A DNA stretch of 25,899 nt from a virus (Duplodnaviria; Caudoviricetes). The notes beneath the pieces were generated by a model that saw only the letters and a program-made list of their open reading frames with translations, was not told where the DNA came from and did not search any database. A program made the translations under genes and the position numbers. The DNA lies in IMG/VR virus record IMGVR_UViG_3300032216_000103, positions 1 through 25,899 of that record. One strand, given 5' to 3'. Below are positions 17,102 to 24,803 of the stretch, in pieces (within the stretch, counting starts at the first letter, position 1; each line of letters opens with the position of its first letter).

Positions 17102-18154
17102 CTAAATTGTAGAAATCAACGTCCAAGTTGTTGATTCTGAATCATCAACATTTTGCCATGTAATAGATTGGCTGTCATCTATTAACTCCCAATATTTACG
17201 CCCATTTTCCGTTACTACCAAAGCCATTGTTTCCGTGTCACTAGCGGTATAAGCAGTTATAGCAGCAATTTGTTCTGCAATGGTGGCAAATTCTGCCACC
17301 GCCCCTTGGGTTGTCCATTGTACTGTCTCTGTTTCTGTCAATACCCCAGACTCACTTCTATTTACGTTGTAAGCCGTTGTTGCCGTTGGCGTGTCCGTAA
17401 TTGGGTTAGTTTCTGAAACAGCCGCATTAAGGTATGATCCTACTGCTTCACTGTCTGCTATTGCCGCAGTTTCTGTTCTAGAAACCGCCATAGTCAAAGC
17501 AACAGACTCAGTTTCAGTTATCGGGTTAGTCTCCGTTACAGAAGCCGCTATAGTCAATGCAACGGATTCTGTTTCTGTAATTGCTGCGGTTTCGCTTACA
17601 GATGGTGCATAAGTTACTGCAACACTTTCTGTATCTGTAGCAGCGGCTGTTTCCGTTACTGATACCCCCATTGTTAAAGCAACAGTTTGAGTATCAAAAA
17701 AAGTTCCTACGCCACCCCAGCCAAAACTACCCCAAGTACTTGTTCCCCAACTTGTATTTGCACTTACATTTTCAGTAACTGACCCACTAAATACTTGCCC
17801 CCCGCCAATAGCATCTGTAAGGGCCGTTGTTTCTGCTACAGACACTGCCATAGTCAAAGCAACTGATTCAGTCTCAGTTACCGCCGCTGTCTCACTTATA
17901 GAAGGCGCATAAGTAACCGCAGCTGATTCTGTTTCTGTAGCAGCGGCTGTTTCCGTTACTGCTACATTAGCTGTAAAAGCTGCTATCTGACTATCAGTTA
18001 CCGCAGTTGTTTCCGTTAAAGAGACAGCAAGTGTTAGGGCTACCGCTTGAGAATCTGCAATAGCGGCTGTTTCGGAAACGCTATCACTAAAGGCTGTTAT
18101 TCCACCCCAGCCTAAAGCCCCCCAAGTATTGTCGCCCCACGCGGCTCCAGCCAT
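17102..18154 (-). CDS. Acidic Thr/Ala/Ser-rich fibrous repeat protein, 350 aa
   Basis: About 14 copies of a 20-aa unit (SV.ETAA.T.TESVA.T...), two WG-x3-WG-x3-WGG motifs and three Trp-spaced C-terminal repeats. Confidence 0.7.
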   Translation of the reverse strand: MAGAAWGDNTWGALGWGGITAFSDSVSETAAIADSQAVALTLAVSLTETTAVTDSQIAAFTANVAVTETAAATETESAAVTYAPSISETAAVTETESVALTMAVSVAETTALTDAIGGGQVFSGSVTENVSANTSWGTSTWGSFGWGGVGTFFDTQTVALTMGVSVTETAAATDTESVAVTYAPSVSETAAITETESVALTIAASVTETNPITETESVALTMAVSRTETAAIADSEAVGSYLNAAVSETNPITDTPTATTAYNVNRSESGVLTETETVQWTTQGAVAEFATIAEQIAAITAYTASDTETMALVVTENGRKYWELIDDSQSITWQNVDDSESTTWTLISTI

Positions 18155-18156
18155 GA

Positions 18157-18717
18157 TTAGGTCAATGTAGCAGTGTAAGTTACAGCAATAGTGTCACCGG
18201 AAACAACTGATTTGGAACTAGAGAAATCTCCAGCAGAGAACAAAACGCCAGTTGTTGTGTCTTTTGTTGCGCTTCCACCAATGTTAATAAAGCATCCTGC
18301 AACTGTTCCTGTTCCAGTAATACTAAAAGTAACTACTGCTGAAGTTGTTTTTGAACCTGAAGACGCAGCACTAAAAGATGGGGCAGGGCGATTGCCAGAA
18401 TATGTAGGAGCATTAGCCAAACCTACTTCTAGCCATGTTGCATGAGAAGTCATGGTGTCAGCAGCGACCGCTGTTCCAGTACCTTTTAGTCCCATAACAA
18501 CTGCGCCTTGTGCAGAGTTACCAAGAATACCGTCTAACGTAGCGTTCTTACCAACTGTTGTAACTACGTTGTGAATATCTTCTTCCCATTTAACTTCGCC
18601 AGTTGAATTGTAACAAACGGCTGTGTAATAGCCTTCAATGGCCATTGAATCGTTTGGTTGTGTGTTATAACCTGTAGAAACTACAAGCGTATCTGTTGCG
18701 GTAATTTTGTCGTTCAT
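18157..18717 (-). CDS. Virion structural protein (tail/fibre-associated), 186 aa
   Basis: SD AGGAG. WEE..HNVVTTVG and V.SGDT..VTYT motifs typical of phage tail-region beta proteins. Confidence 0.55.
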   Translation of the reverse strand: MNDKITATDTLVVSTGYNTQPNDSMAIEGYYTAVCYNSTGEVKWEEDIHNVVTTVGKNATLDGILGNSAQGAVVMGLKGTGTAVAADTMTSHATWLEVGLANAPTYSGNRPAPSFSAASSGSKTTSAVVTFSITGTGTVAGCFINIGGSATKDTTTGVLFSAGDFSSSKSVVSGDTIAVTYTATLT

Positions 18718-18727
18718 GGTTGCTCCT

Positions 18728-19150
18728 TTAAGCCAATCTAATTAAAGCGGAAGAATAAGTATTCGCGGGCATTTGCACCGTGAACGTCGAATTGGAAGTT
18801 TTGTTACTGCCAAAATCTATTACAGCAATAGCCAATCCATCAGAATGTCTGTAGATTAAAGCGCCACGAGCCGTAATTGCTCCTGTCCATTGCGGTACTG
18901 AAAAATTAATGAATATGATACTACCAAATGACGTTGTTTGTGTACCAATAGATGCAGTTATTTGTTGCCCACCAGCAGCGTAATTGCCTCCTGATGCTTC
19001 ACCCGTCGTTGTATACGCAGCGGTAGTTTCGTCTAACGTAGCAGAATTTGTATACAACGCCAAATAAAAAACATCCGTGGCAAAGTTAATCGAGCCATTG
19101 ACTAACCCGGTACGCAGTGTATTGCAGGAGTAATTGCCCGTGAATGCCAT
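18728..19150 (-). CDS. Virion structural protein, 140 aa
   Basis: FYLALYT...Y.AGG...ITARGALIY...DFG pattern; coupled to the adaptor gene by TAATG. Confidence 0.55.
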   Translation of the reverse strand: MAFTGNYSCNTLRTGLVNGSINFATDVFYLALYTNSATLDETTAAYTTTGEASGGNYAAGGQQITASIGTQTTSFGSIIFINFSVPQWTGAITARGALIYRHSDGLAIAVIDFGSNKTSNSTFTVQMPANTYSSALIRLA

Positions 19151-19827
19151 TAGCCCACCTTCTGCCTATATTGCCCAGAACGATAAGCGTCTTGACGCTC
19201 CATTCCATCGCCCAAACGTTTAGCCAATGATAGCGCTTCCATGTATTTTTGGTTGTACAACTGCATCATGTCGGCTTCACCTTTCATGTAGGTGTAAGCT
19301 TCAACCAAAGAGCCATATAAAAGCACGGAATCAAAATTATCCCCAAGCCAAGTCTGGCCGCCGGAAACTGTTGTAATAGAATCGGGATAATAGTAATAAT
19401 GCAATTCAGCGTAATATCCAGCAGAATCTGGAGTAGGCCCAAGAATAAAAGTTAATTCGTTGGTAATCGTACTACCAGATACAGTTGGCCCAAACAAAGC
19501 ATAGTATTTAGGCGTTCCATAATCTGTTGGATTTGGGTAACACTCACGAATAAAATTTACATCTTTGTTTAACAAATATATGTAGTTGCCCCCAGATTGC
19601 GGATAAATGGCTAGGGAATAAACCGCTAAAAAATCATTTGGGGCTGATAAATATTTATTTTGTGCAGTCAAAACCCCTGTCATGTTTTTACGTAATGATG
19701 GGAATTGGACTGAATTGTATATACGTTGCTCAGCCTGCGTAATGAACACAGGAATCTCAGCAACAAAATTTGCTTCGGTATTCTCTGTATACGCACTTAT
19801 TGCAGCGCTGAGCTGGGTATAGTTCAT
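19150..19827 (-). CDS. Head-tail adaptor-like protein, 225 aa
   Basis: MNY..L...I..Y...IP.FI.QAE.RI N-terminal helices, G.PKYY, GPTPD and LLYGSL.EA C-terminal helices. Confidence 0.7.
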   Translation of the reverse strand: MNYTQLSAAISAYTENTEANFVAEIPVFITQAEQRIYNSVQFPSLRKNMTGVLTAQNKYLSAPNDFLAVYSLAIYPQSGGNYIYLLNKDVNFIRECYPNPTDYGTPKYYALFGPTVSGSTITNELTFILGPTPDSAGYYAELHYYYYPDSITTVSGGQTWLGDNFDSVLLYGSLVEAYTYMKGEADMMQLYNQKYMEALSLAKRLGDGMERQDAYRSGQYRQKVG

Positions 19828-20081
19828 GCCATTGGGCCTCTTGCCATCACACCTTTAGTTGCACATCCAGTACCACGAATCTTGATACCGTCAGTTTTAA
19901 CAGGTTTGTAGTTACCTTTGCTAATAAATCCAACAGCAGGATTCATCTCTTCCATAACTTGAGCGCCAGACTTATAAGTAAGTTCACCAGAAACTTTTTT
20001 ACCAGTCATAGTATGGGGAGGGGCATAAACAGAAGCAGATCCTACTTCTTTGCCGCCTATTTTTTTACTGAATGTAGCCAT
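19824..20081 (-). CDS. Small basic protein, 85 aa
   Basis: Coupled at both ends; C-terminal IRGTGCATKG motif. Confidence 0.75.
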   Translation of the reverse strand: MATFSKKIGGKEVGSASVYAPPHTMTGKKVSGELTYKSGAQVMEEMNPAVGFISKGNYKPVKTDGIKIRGTGCATKGVMARGPMA

Positions 20082-20281
20082 TATTTGCCCCTTCCAGTAT
20101 TGCGTTGATTCATAGCACGAGCTACGTTGCGGCCATATTTTTTCATTTCCATGCTTGTCACGCCACCTTTTTTGAGCTTGGACAAATTAGTACCTTTGCC
20201 GCCTTTGTGCTCTTGCATATCGTGTTGTTTAAAAGCCTTCTTGATGAGGGCTTTGTCTTGTTTCATGTCTTCTTTATCCAT
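20081..20281 (-). CDS. Small basic protein, 66 aa
   Basis: SD AAAGGA; K/M/G-rich; contains LKKGG. Confidence 0.75.
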   Translation of the reverse strand: MDKEDMKQDKALIKKAFKQHDMQEHKGGKGTNLSKLKKGGVTSMEMKKYGRNVARAMNQRNTGRGK

Positions 20282-20291
20282 GATAAATCCT

Positions 20292-20720
20292 TTATGTTGT
20301 TGCTACCGTTACTGTACCCAATTGTATGGTTAAAACCAAATTATTTGGTGTTAAACCAGTATCAAAACCACTTGCTCCACCAATAGGATTCCAACCCCAC
20401 TGAAAAATTCGACTTCCGCCTTCTGGAGAACCTGCTTGGTTTACCGATGTAGAGTTTCCAAGCTGGATTTGCAACCCGTTTAGACCTGAAAGAGTATAGC
20501 TTCGATCTGGACGAGGATTACGCAAACCTTGTGGATCATCTACAGGAAACTCACCTAAGTGTAACTGTGGCTGATCTGGATCCCAACACTCTTTACAAAC
20601 CAACAAGTCGTAATTTTTACCCTTGATAACTTCTTTACGCAATTCTTTGAGCTTAAAGCGCTGGTCACAACGATCACATTCAGCAATCGCCCATTTGCCA
20701 GAAGCAAACCGATTACCCAT
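20292..20720 (-). CDS. Conserved phage protein with CxxC...CxxC zinc-ribbon-like N-terminus, 142 aa
   Basis: CDRC...CKEC followed by DQPQL and PRPD; directly follows the adaptor stop codon. Confidence 0.7.
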   Translation of the reverse strand: MGNRFASGKWAIAECDRCDQRFKLKELRKEVIKGKNYDLLVCKECWDPDQPQLHLGEFPVDDPQGLRNPRPDRSYTLSGLNGLQIQLGNSTSVNQAGSPEGGSRIFQWGWNPIGGASGFDTGLTPNNLVLTIQLGTVTVATT

Positions 20721-21668
20721 TTACGTTCCCCCGATAAACTGCTGACGGGGTACAAACCTTAACGATGCTTTCTCGTGATCCTCATAAGCCGCTAACTCCC
20801 AAGCCTCATCGTATTGAGACTTGAGAATCTGTAATCTTTCCATTCCTTCTGGTATTTTACCAGCAACATAGTATGCTAAGCCAGCAGCCATGCAAGGGAT
20901 AAATCTAAACGGTACATCCATAACATTCACACCGCTACCCGCATCTTGGGTACGACGTAAACGCCAATAAACAAAGGTGTACTGTTGAGAAGAATCTGGA
21001 GTCGGCCAAACGCTAATAGCGGGGACTTGTTGCCAATACACTACTGCATTCGTCGTATGACCAACGGCAATTGTATTTTGCTGCCCACGGAAACAATTGT
21101 TTAGCGTACCGGAAACGGCATTTGTATTTTGGGTAATATAGCCGTAATTGATAACCTCATTATCAATCTTAATAAATCCGCCGGGGGGTAACCCTGTCAC
21201 ATTGTCAATTGAAATTGTGCTACTGGTCGATGAAATATCCGCAGTTAACTTAGCATTGACTATGGAGGTTTGCGAATTAAAACGCTGAATCCAAACTTGA
21301 ATTGGTCTAGCTTGTTGCAATTTGTTTGGCAACGTAGCATATGTAGATACAGAAATCCTAGTAATAGTCAAGTCGGCTTGGTTGGAAATACTATTAGCCT
21401 GTGTACGAATCACATGCTCAAGAAGATCTATGGTGTCGTTAGGGAGTGCGTATGTGTTTTGGCCGGGAGTAAGAACAATCTGTCCTTCCTCAATAGTCCA
21501 CATATTAATGCCACGGTTTGCCCACTCAGCAAACATAATATTTAAACTGCGAGTTGCAGTGCGTAAATCATAACCCGTGCGTAACTCACGCCCAGCGCGT
21601 TCAAACGCCTCTTCTACTAGCTCATCTAGTTGAAGATTAAATGACGTTGCTCCAGACGTAGTGGCCAT
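20721..21668 (-). CDS. Head-tail adaptor / head-completion protein with inserted beta domain, 315 aa
   Basis: VEEAFER.G...RSLN...EWANRG, WPTPD, P.RF.PCM.AGLAYY and C-terminal helix; about 75-aa insertion in the middle. Confidence 0.7.
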   Translation of the reverse strand: MATTSGATSFNLQLDELVEEAFERAGRELRTGYDLRTATRSLNIMFAEWANRGINMWTIEEGQIVLTPGQNTYALPNDTIDLLEHVIRTQANSISNQADLTITRISVSTYATLPNKLQQARPIQVWIQRFNSQTSIVNAKLTADISSTSSTISIDNVTGLPPGGFIKIDNEVINYGYITQNTNAVSGTLNNCFRGQQNTIAVGHTTNAVVYWQQVPAISVWPTPDSSQQYTFVYWRLRRTQDAGSGVNVMDVPFRFIPCMAAGLAYYVAGKIPEGMERLQILKSQYDEAWELAAYEDHEKASLRFVPRQQFIGGT

Positions 21669-21901
21669 TATCTAAATCCTGCTGTTTTCTTTGCAATTGT
21701 TTTAGGTTGCGCTACAAACTGTTTCCCTGCTGCTTTCCCCGCACGTTTAGCACGAGTAGTCGCCGCATATTCTGCGGAGGATAAAGACTTAATCGCCGCA
21801 TCTGGTAAATACCGTTCACCTGTTTTACTAGATGGCTTTCCACTCTTGGTACGCCATTTCTGGTCGCCCCAGTTTTTGAGGGATTGCTGCGGTGCTTTCA
21901 A
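21668..21901 (-). CDS. Small basic protein, 77 aa (resembles C-terminal half of DUF5872-like proteins)
   Basis: TTG start overlapping the upstream TGA, with GGAGG 9 nt upstream; SL..W..QKW...RYLP...GKQFV motifs. Confidence 0.7.
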   Translation of the reverse strand: MKAPQQSLKNWGDQKWRTKSGKPSSKTGERYLPDAAIKSLSSAEYAATTRAKRAGKAAGKQFVAQPKTIAKKTAGFR

Positions 21902-22173
21902 TCTCTGTAGCCTCCACCTGCTGCTTTATATCTCTTGGCTACAAGCTGGGCTTTACGTGCTGACCATTGGCCTGCCCCTGTACCTTGGGTAGCAGCAGCT
22001 TTTACTTGGGCCACAATCCGCTTACGCAGACTTGGCTTGGTGTAATTACCAGCGGCATTTACTGTTCCGCCATCAGCGTACTCGGTAAAATCGGTGTCAT
22101 CCCGGCGAGATTTTGTCTTCGCCTTGGGCATCTTAGATGCACGGATAGCGCCCATGCCGCGACTGGCCATCAT
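21898..22173 (-). CDS. Small basic protein, about 91 aa (C-terminal part resembles N-terminal half of DUF5872-like proteins)
   Basis: Start reassigned to the ATG at 22173 (ATGA overlap). YADGG, then YTKP.LR...GQWSARKAQL...YK.AGGGY. Confidence 0.7.
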   Translation of the reverse strand: MMASRGMGAIRASKMPKAKTKSRRDDTDFTEYADGGTVNAAGNYTKPSLRKRIVAQVKAAATQGTGAGQWSARKAQLVAKRYKAAGGGYRD

Positions 22174-22457
22174 TTTTTGTACATCCCGCCGCCACACATC
22201 TTTTTTACTGCATCCATCTTTAGTTCATGCCCAGCAGCGTGTTTACCATAATGTTCACTATGATGTACATGCCCTCCGCTCTTCATGTTCTTAGATGCAG
22301 CAGTGTAGGCTTTTTCAGCTTGTGCAGCTTCTTTAGCCTCAAGTTGTGCTTTACGCATATCGTAATGCTTTGCAGGCGTTACGTATTCTTCATTGGACTC
22401 ATCGGTGCGTTGTGGGTTTAAGTACCCACGCCCAGCTCCAGCGTTTTTAGGCATCAT
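22170..22457 (-). CDS. Small protein with His-rich C-terminus, 95 aa
   Basis: MKSGGHVHHSEHYGKHAAGH...MCGGG; fits the operon spacing. Confidence 0.7.
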   Translation of the reverse strand: MMPKNAGAGRGYLNPQRTDESNEEYVTPAKHYDMRKAQLEAKEAAQAEKAYTAASKNMKSGGHVHHSEHYGKHAAGHELKMDAVKKMCGGGMYKK

Positions 22458-22460
22458 AAT

Positions 22461-22982
22461 TTAGCACATCTTTCCACGAGTTTTACCCCGTTGAGCAATA
22501 CCATCAGCACGGCTAGAAGCACTAGACTTGGTCATGCCACCCTTTTTAAGTCCAAGCGCTTCACGAAACCGTTGATTAACTGAACGAGTATCGGTTGTAG
22601 TACCACTTTTAGCCTTGTTACGAGTTAACGCAGCGCGTTCTGCTAAAGACAATTTAGTTTCGTCAATGGGGGCAGTAGATGTACTAGTTTCTTTGCTTGT
22701 AGTCGTAGGTTCACTAGGTGCGCTAGCTTTAGTTGTAGTCGAAGCGGACTCACCACGAGGTTTCAAACCCTGTTGCTTATTCATGTACTCACGTAAAGTT
22801 AAACCAGACTTGGCTAGTTCTTCTTTAGTAACTACTTTAGGCTTGTCGCCGCCGTAGTTAATTGTTTTTTCGCTTGAAACAGTCTTTTCTGGAAGGCTAG
22901 GCGTAGCGCTACTAGGTTCTGTTTCTTTTGAAAAAGAATCCTCAACTACGTTGCCGTCAGCGTATCTTTTAACTTTAGCCAT
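22461..22982 (-). CDS. Ser/Thr/Lys-rich low-complexity protein, 173 aa
   Basis: SD AGGAG; YADG near the N-terminus; LKKGG and C-terminal RADGIAQRGKTRGKMC. Confidence 0.75.
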   Translation of the reverse strand: MAKVKRYADGNVVEDSFSKETEPSSATPSLPEKTVSSEKTINYGGDKPKVVTKEELAKSGLTLREYMNKQQGLKPRGESASTTTKASAPSEPTTTSKETSTSTAPIDETKLSLAERAALTRNKAKSGTTTDTRSVNQRFREALGLKKGGMTKSSASSRADGIAQRGKTRGKMC

Positions 22983-22995
22983 GATTAACTCCTAA

Positions 22996-23496
22996 TTAGC
23001 AGGCTTTGCCGCCCATTTTCATTTTAGCCATACCGCCTTTTTTCATGCCAGAAGTGGTACTAACTTTAGTGCCGAGCACTTTGCCGCCAGCCATTTGTGG
23101 CATTCTAGCTTTAGTATGACCTTTTTCTTGGACGCTATGTTCGCCATGAGCACGTTTGCCACCAGCTTTAACACCACCCATTTTTTCCATAGTGAGACCT
23201 TTGCGCTCACGGGATTTGTTTGACATAGTGGTATCTCCGCCAGAACTCATTTTCTTTGTAGCCATGATACGGCCTCCTTCTTTAAAAAGTTGTGATTTGC
23301 CATGCCGAGTTTCCGGCTTGTTTACTTTCTGAAGATCGGGACGGCCCGCTGTAGGGGCTTTAGCAAACTTCATTCCTTTATCTGCTTGCGCAAATTCTTG
23401 TCCTACAGACTGAGGAATCCCCATCTGTTTTGCTTTGGCAGGGTCATTAGCAACCATTGCCATTAAGTTGTGTTGTTTAAGAGAACTACTGGGCAT
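22996..23496 (-). CDS. Basic Lys/Met/Gly-rich protein, 166 aa (possible nested 89-aa product from 23265)
   Basis: Start reassigned to the ATG at 23496 (MPSSSLKQ, GGAG SD); multiple xxxGG motifs. Confidence 0.75.
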   Translation of the reverse strand: MPSSSLKQHNLMAMVANDPAKAKQMGIPQSVGQEFAQADKGMKFAKAPTAGRPDLQKVNKPETRHGKSQLFKEGGRIMATKKMSSGGDTTMSNKSRERKGLTMEKMGGVKAGGKRAHGEHSVQEKGHTKARMPQMAGGKVLGTKVSTTSGMKKGGMAKMKMGGKAC

Positions 23497-23671
23497 CGGG
23501 TTTTCTCCAAGCCTTGACTGTATCGGTTTCCCATATACGCAAGCACAACCACACAATCGTTAACAAACCACCAATGAGTCCCACAATAGGTGGAAACCAT
23601 TCCATAAAACCGCCCAGTCCTATGACTACTGCGGCTCCATCGGTCATTACTTTTACGTCGTGGTTGTTCAT
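23486..23671 (-). CDS. Small membrane protein (holin-like size), 61 aa
   Basis: Two hydrophobic segments and a charged C-terminus. Confidence 0.65.
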   Translation of the reverse strand: MNNHDVKVMTDGAAVVIGLGGFMEWFPPIVGLIGGLLTIVWLCLRIWETDTVKAWRKPDAQ

Positions 23672-23917
23672 TTAGCAGTTCCATGCCCGCAGGCTTTTGT
23701 TAATCCGGCTGTTTGGGTCTTTCGCTGTTTTCTCTGAAGTCAACTTCGCTTTCATCCCTGACATTCGGGCGCAGAACGATTTCTTTCTTGAGCCGCCCTC
23801 GGGTTGTGGAGGTTTTAAATTCATCCCTTGCTTCTTTGCGGATGCTCTTCCTTTGGCGTTCAACCCGCCGTTCGGATTCTTCCCTTCTTTGCGTTGCCAT
23901 GCAGGTGACTTAGCCAT
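23672..23917 (-). CDS. Small basic conserved phage protein (DUF6321-like from memory), 81 aa
   Basis: AWQRKEGKNP.GGLNAKGR...RKKSFCARM...W.C; coupled by TAATG. Confidence 0.75.
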   Translation of the reverse strand: MAKSPAWQRKEGKNPNGGLNAKGRASAKKQGMNLKPPQPEGGSRKKSFCARMSGMKAKLTSEKTAKDPNSRINKSLRAWNC

Positions 23918-24762
23918 TATGTGCTTCCTGCATCTACACTGTTTGCAATCAATACACCGCCAATGTTAATCCCTACAGTTGTTGCCGTTGTTGCGCTAGG
24001 TGCAATCTGCCATTGGACATCTGTACCAGCAGGATAAGCAAAAGGGAACGCGCGAAGAATATTGTATTGCTGCACAAATGGTGTATTTAAAATAACTCTG
24101 CGTACCAATGTTGCGGAGGTATTTAATCCTTGGTTGTATTGTGCAACAGCCCTGTATGTGCAATAGTTTGCGGTATTGCCTGTAAATGAACTATTTGCAG
24201 TAAACCTTGTTAATTGCAAAGTATTGTTTGCTGGAACTGTATACACCGCCATTTGTGATGTACCAGCACTAACCGTACTACCATTAAAAGTAGTCGTATT
24301 AATTTGAGCATATACAACAGCGCCAGAAGTTGCTGCTTGATTTTGCAAAGTAACCGTACCTGTTGGCTGAACTGTGGTAGCCAAAGAAACAGAAATATTG
24401 TTAATTCTCCAATATGTCTTAGCTGTTACTACACCAGTACCTGCTGTTCCACCTAAAGCAAGAGTTTCAGATATTAACTTGTAGTTTGCATCTAAACCTG
24501 TAATTTGAATTAAAGCACCAGAATCTCCAGCGCCTACTGTACTCGCAACATACATCTGCTGTGCGGATGTTGGGAATACATAATTTGTAGAAGGAGAGTT
24601 TTCCCACATGGTAACAAACAGGCCCGCTGTTGTCCCAGTTGTGCCATACCCAAAAATATTTAATGGTGTATGGTAAGCAATCTGCCCGCGAGATACCTGC
24701 AAATCAAAAGGTTCGTATCGCCCCCTTTGACTTACAGATGATGGTGTTCCATTAAGTGCCAT
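23917..24762 (-). CDS. Putative virion structural beta-rich protein, 281 aa
   Basis: SD GGAG; Thr/Ala/Gly-rich; ITGLDANY...SE motif; located in the head module. Confidence 0.55.
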   Translation of the reverse strand: MALNGTPSSVSQRGRYEPFDLQVSRGQIAYHTPLNIFGYGTTGTTAGLFVTMWENSPSTNYVFPTSAQQMYVASTVGAGDSGALIQITGLDANYKLISETLALGGTAGTGVVTAKTYWRINNISVSLATTVQPTGTVTLQNQAATSGAVVYAQINTTTFNGSTVSAGTSQMAVYTVPANNTLQLTRFTANSSFTGNTANYCTYRAVAQYNQGLNTSATLVRRVILNTPFVQQYNILRAFPFAYPAGTDVQWQIAPSATTATTVGINIGGVLIANSVDAGST

Positions 24763-24774
24763 TATCTATTCTCC

Positions 24775-24796
24775 AAAATAGGAGCCGAAGCCCCTA
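24775..24796 (-). terminator. Intrinsic terminator-like hairpin (probably leaky)
   Basis: UAGGGGC-UUCG-GCUCCUA followed by UUUU; C(UUCG)G tetraloop; lies between the 24804 stop and the next SD. Confidence 0.7.
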
Positions 24797-24803
24797 GTAT
24801 TTA

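Noticed and set aside
22170-22180. C_AAA_AAA before the TGA as a -1 frameshift fusing the 95-aa and 91-aa genes
   Set aside because: Imperfect slippery heptamer and no clear stimulatory hairpin noticed; ordinary ATGA coupling explains the overlap.
23497-23556. N-terminal extension of the 22996 ORF (and likewise 22174-22197 of the 21898 ORF)
   Set aside because: These extensions overlap upstream genes; downstream ATGs have an SD or an ATGA coupling.
3492-23969. Remaining plus-strand and nested short ORFs in the track
   Set aside because: They lie antisense to or inside well-coupled minus-strand genes, and show no recognisable motifs.
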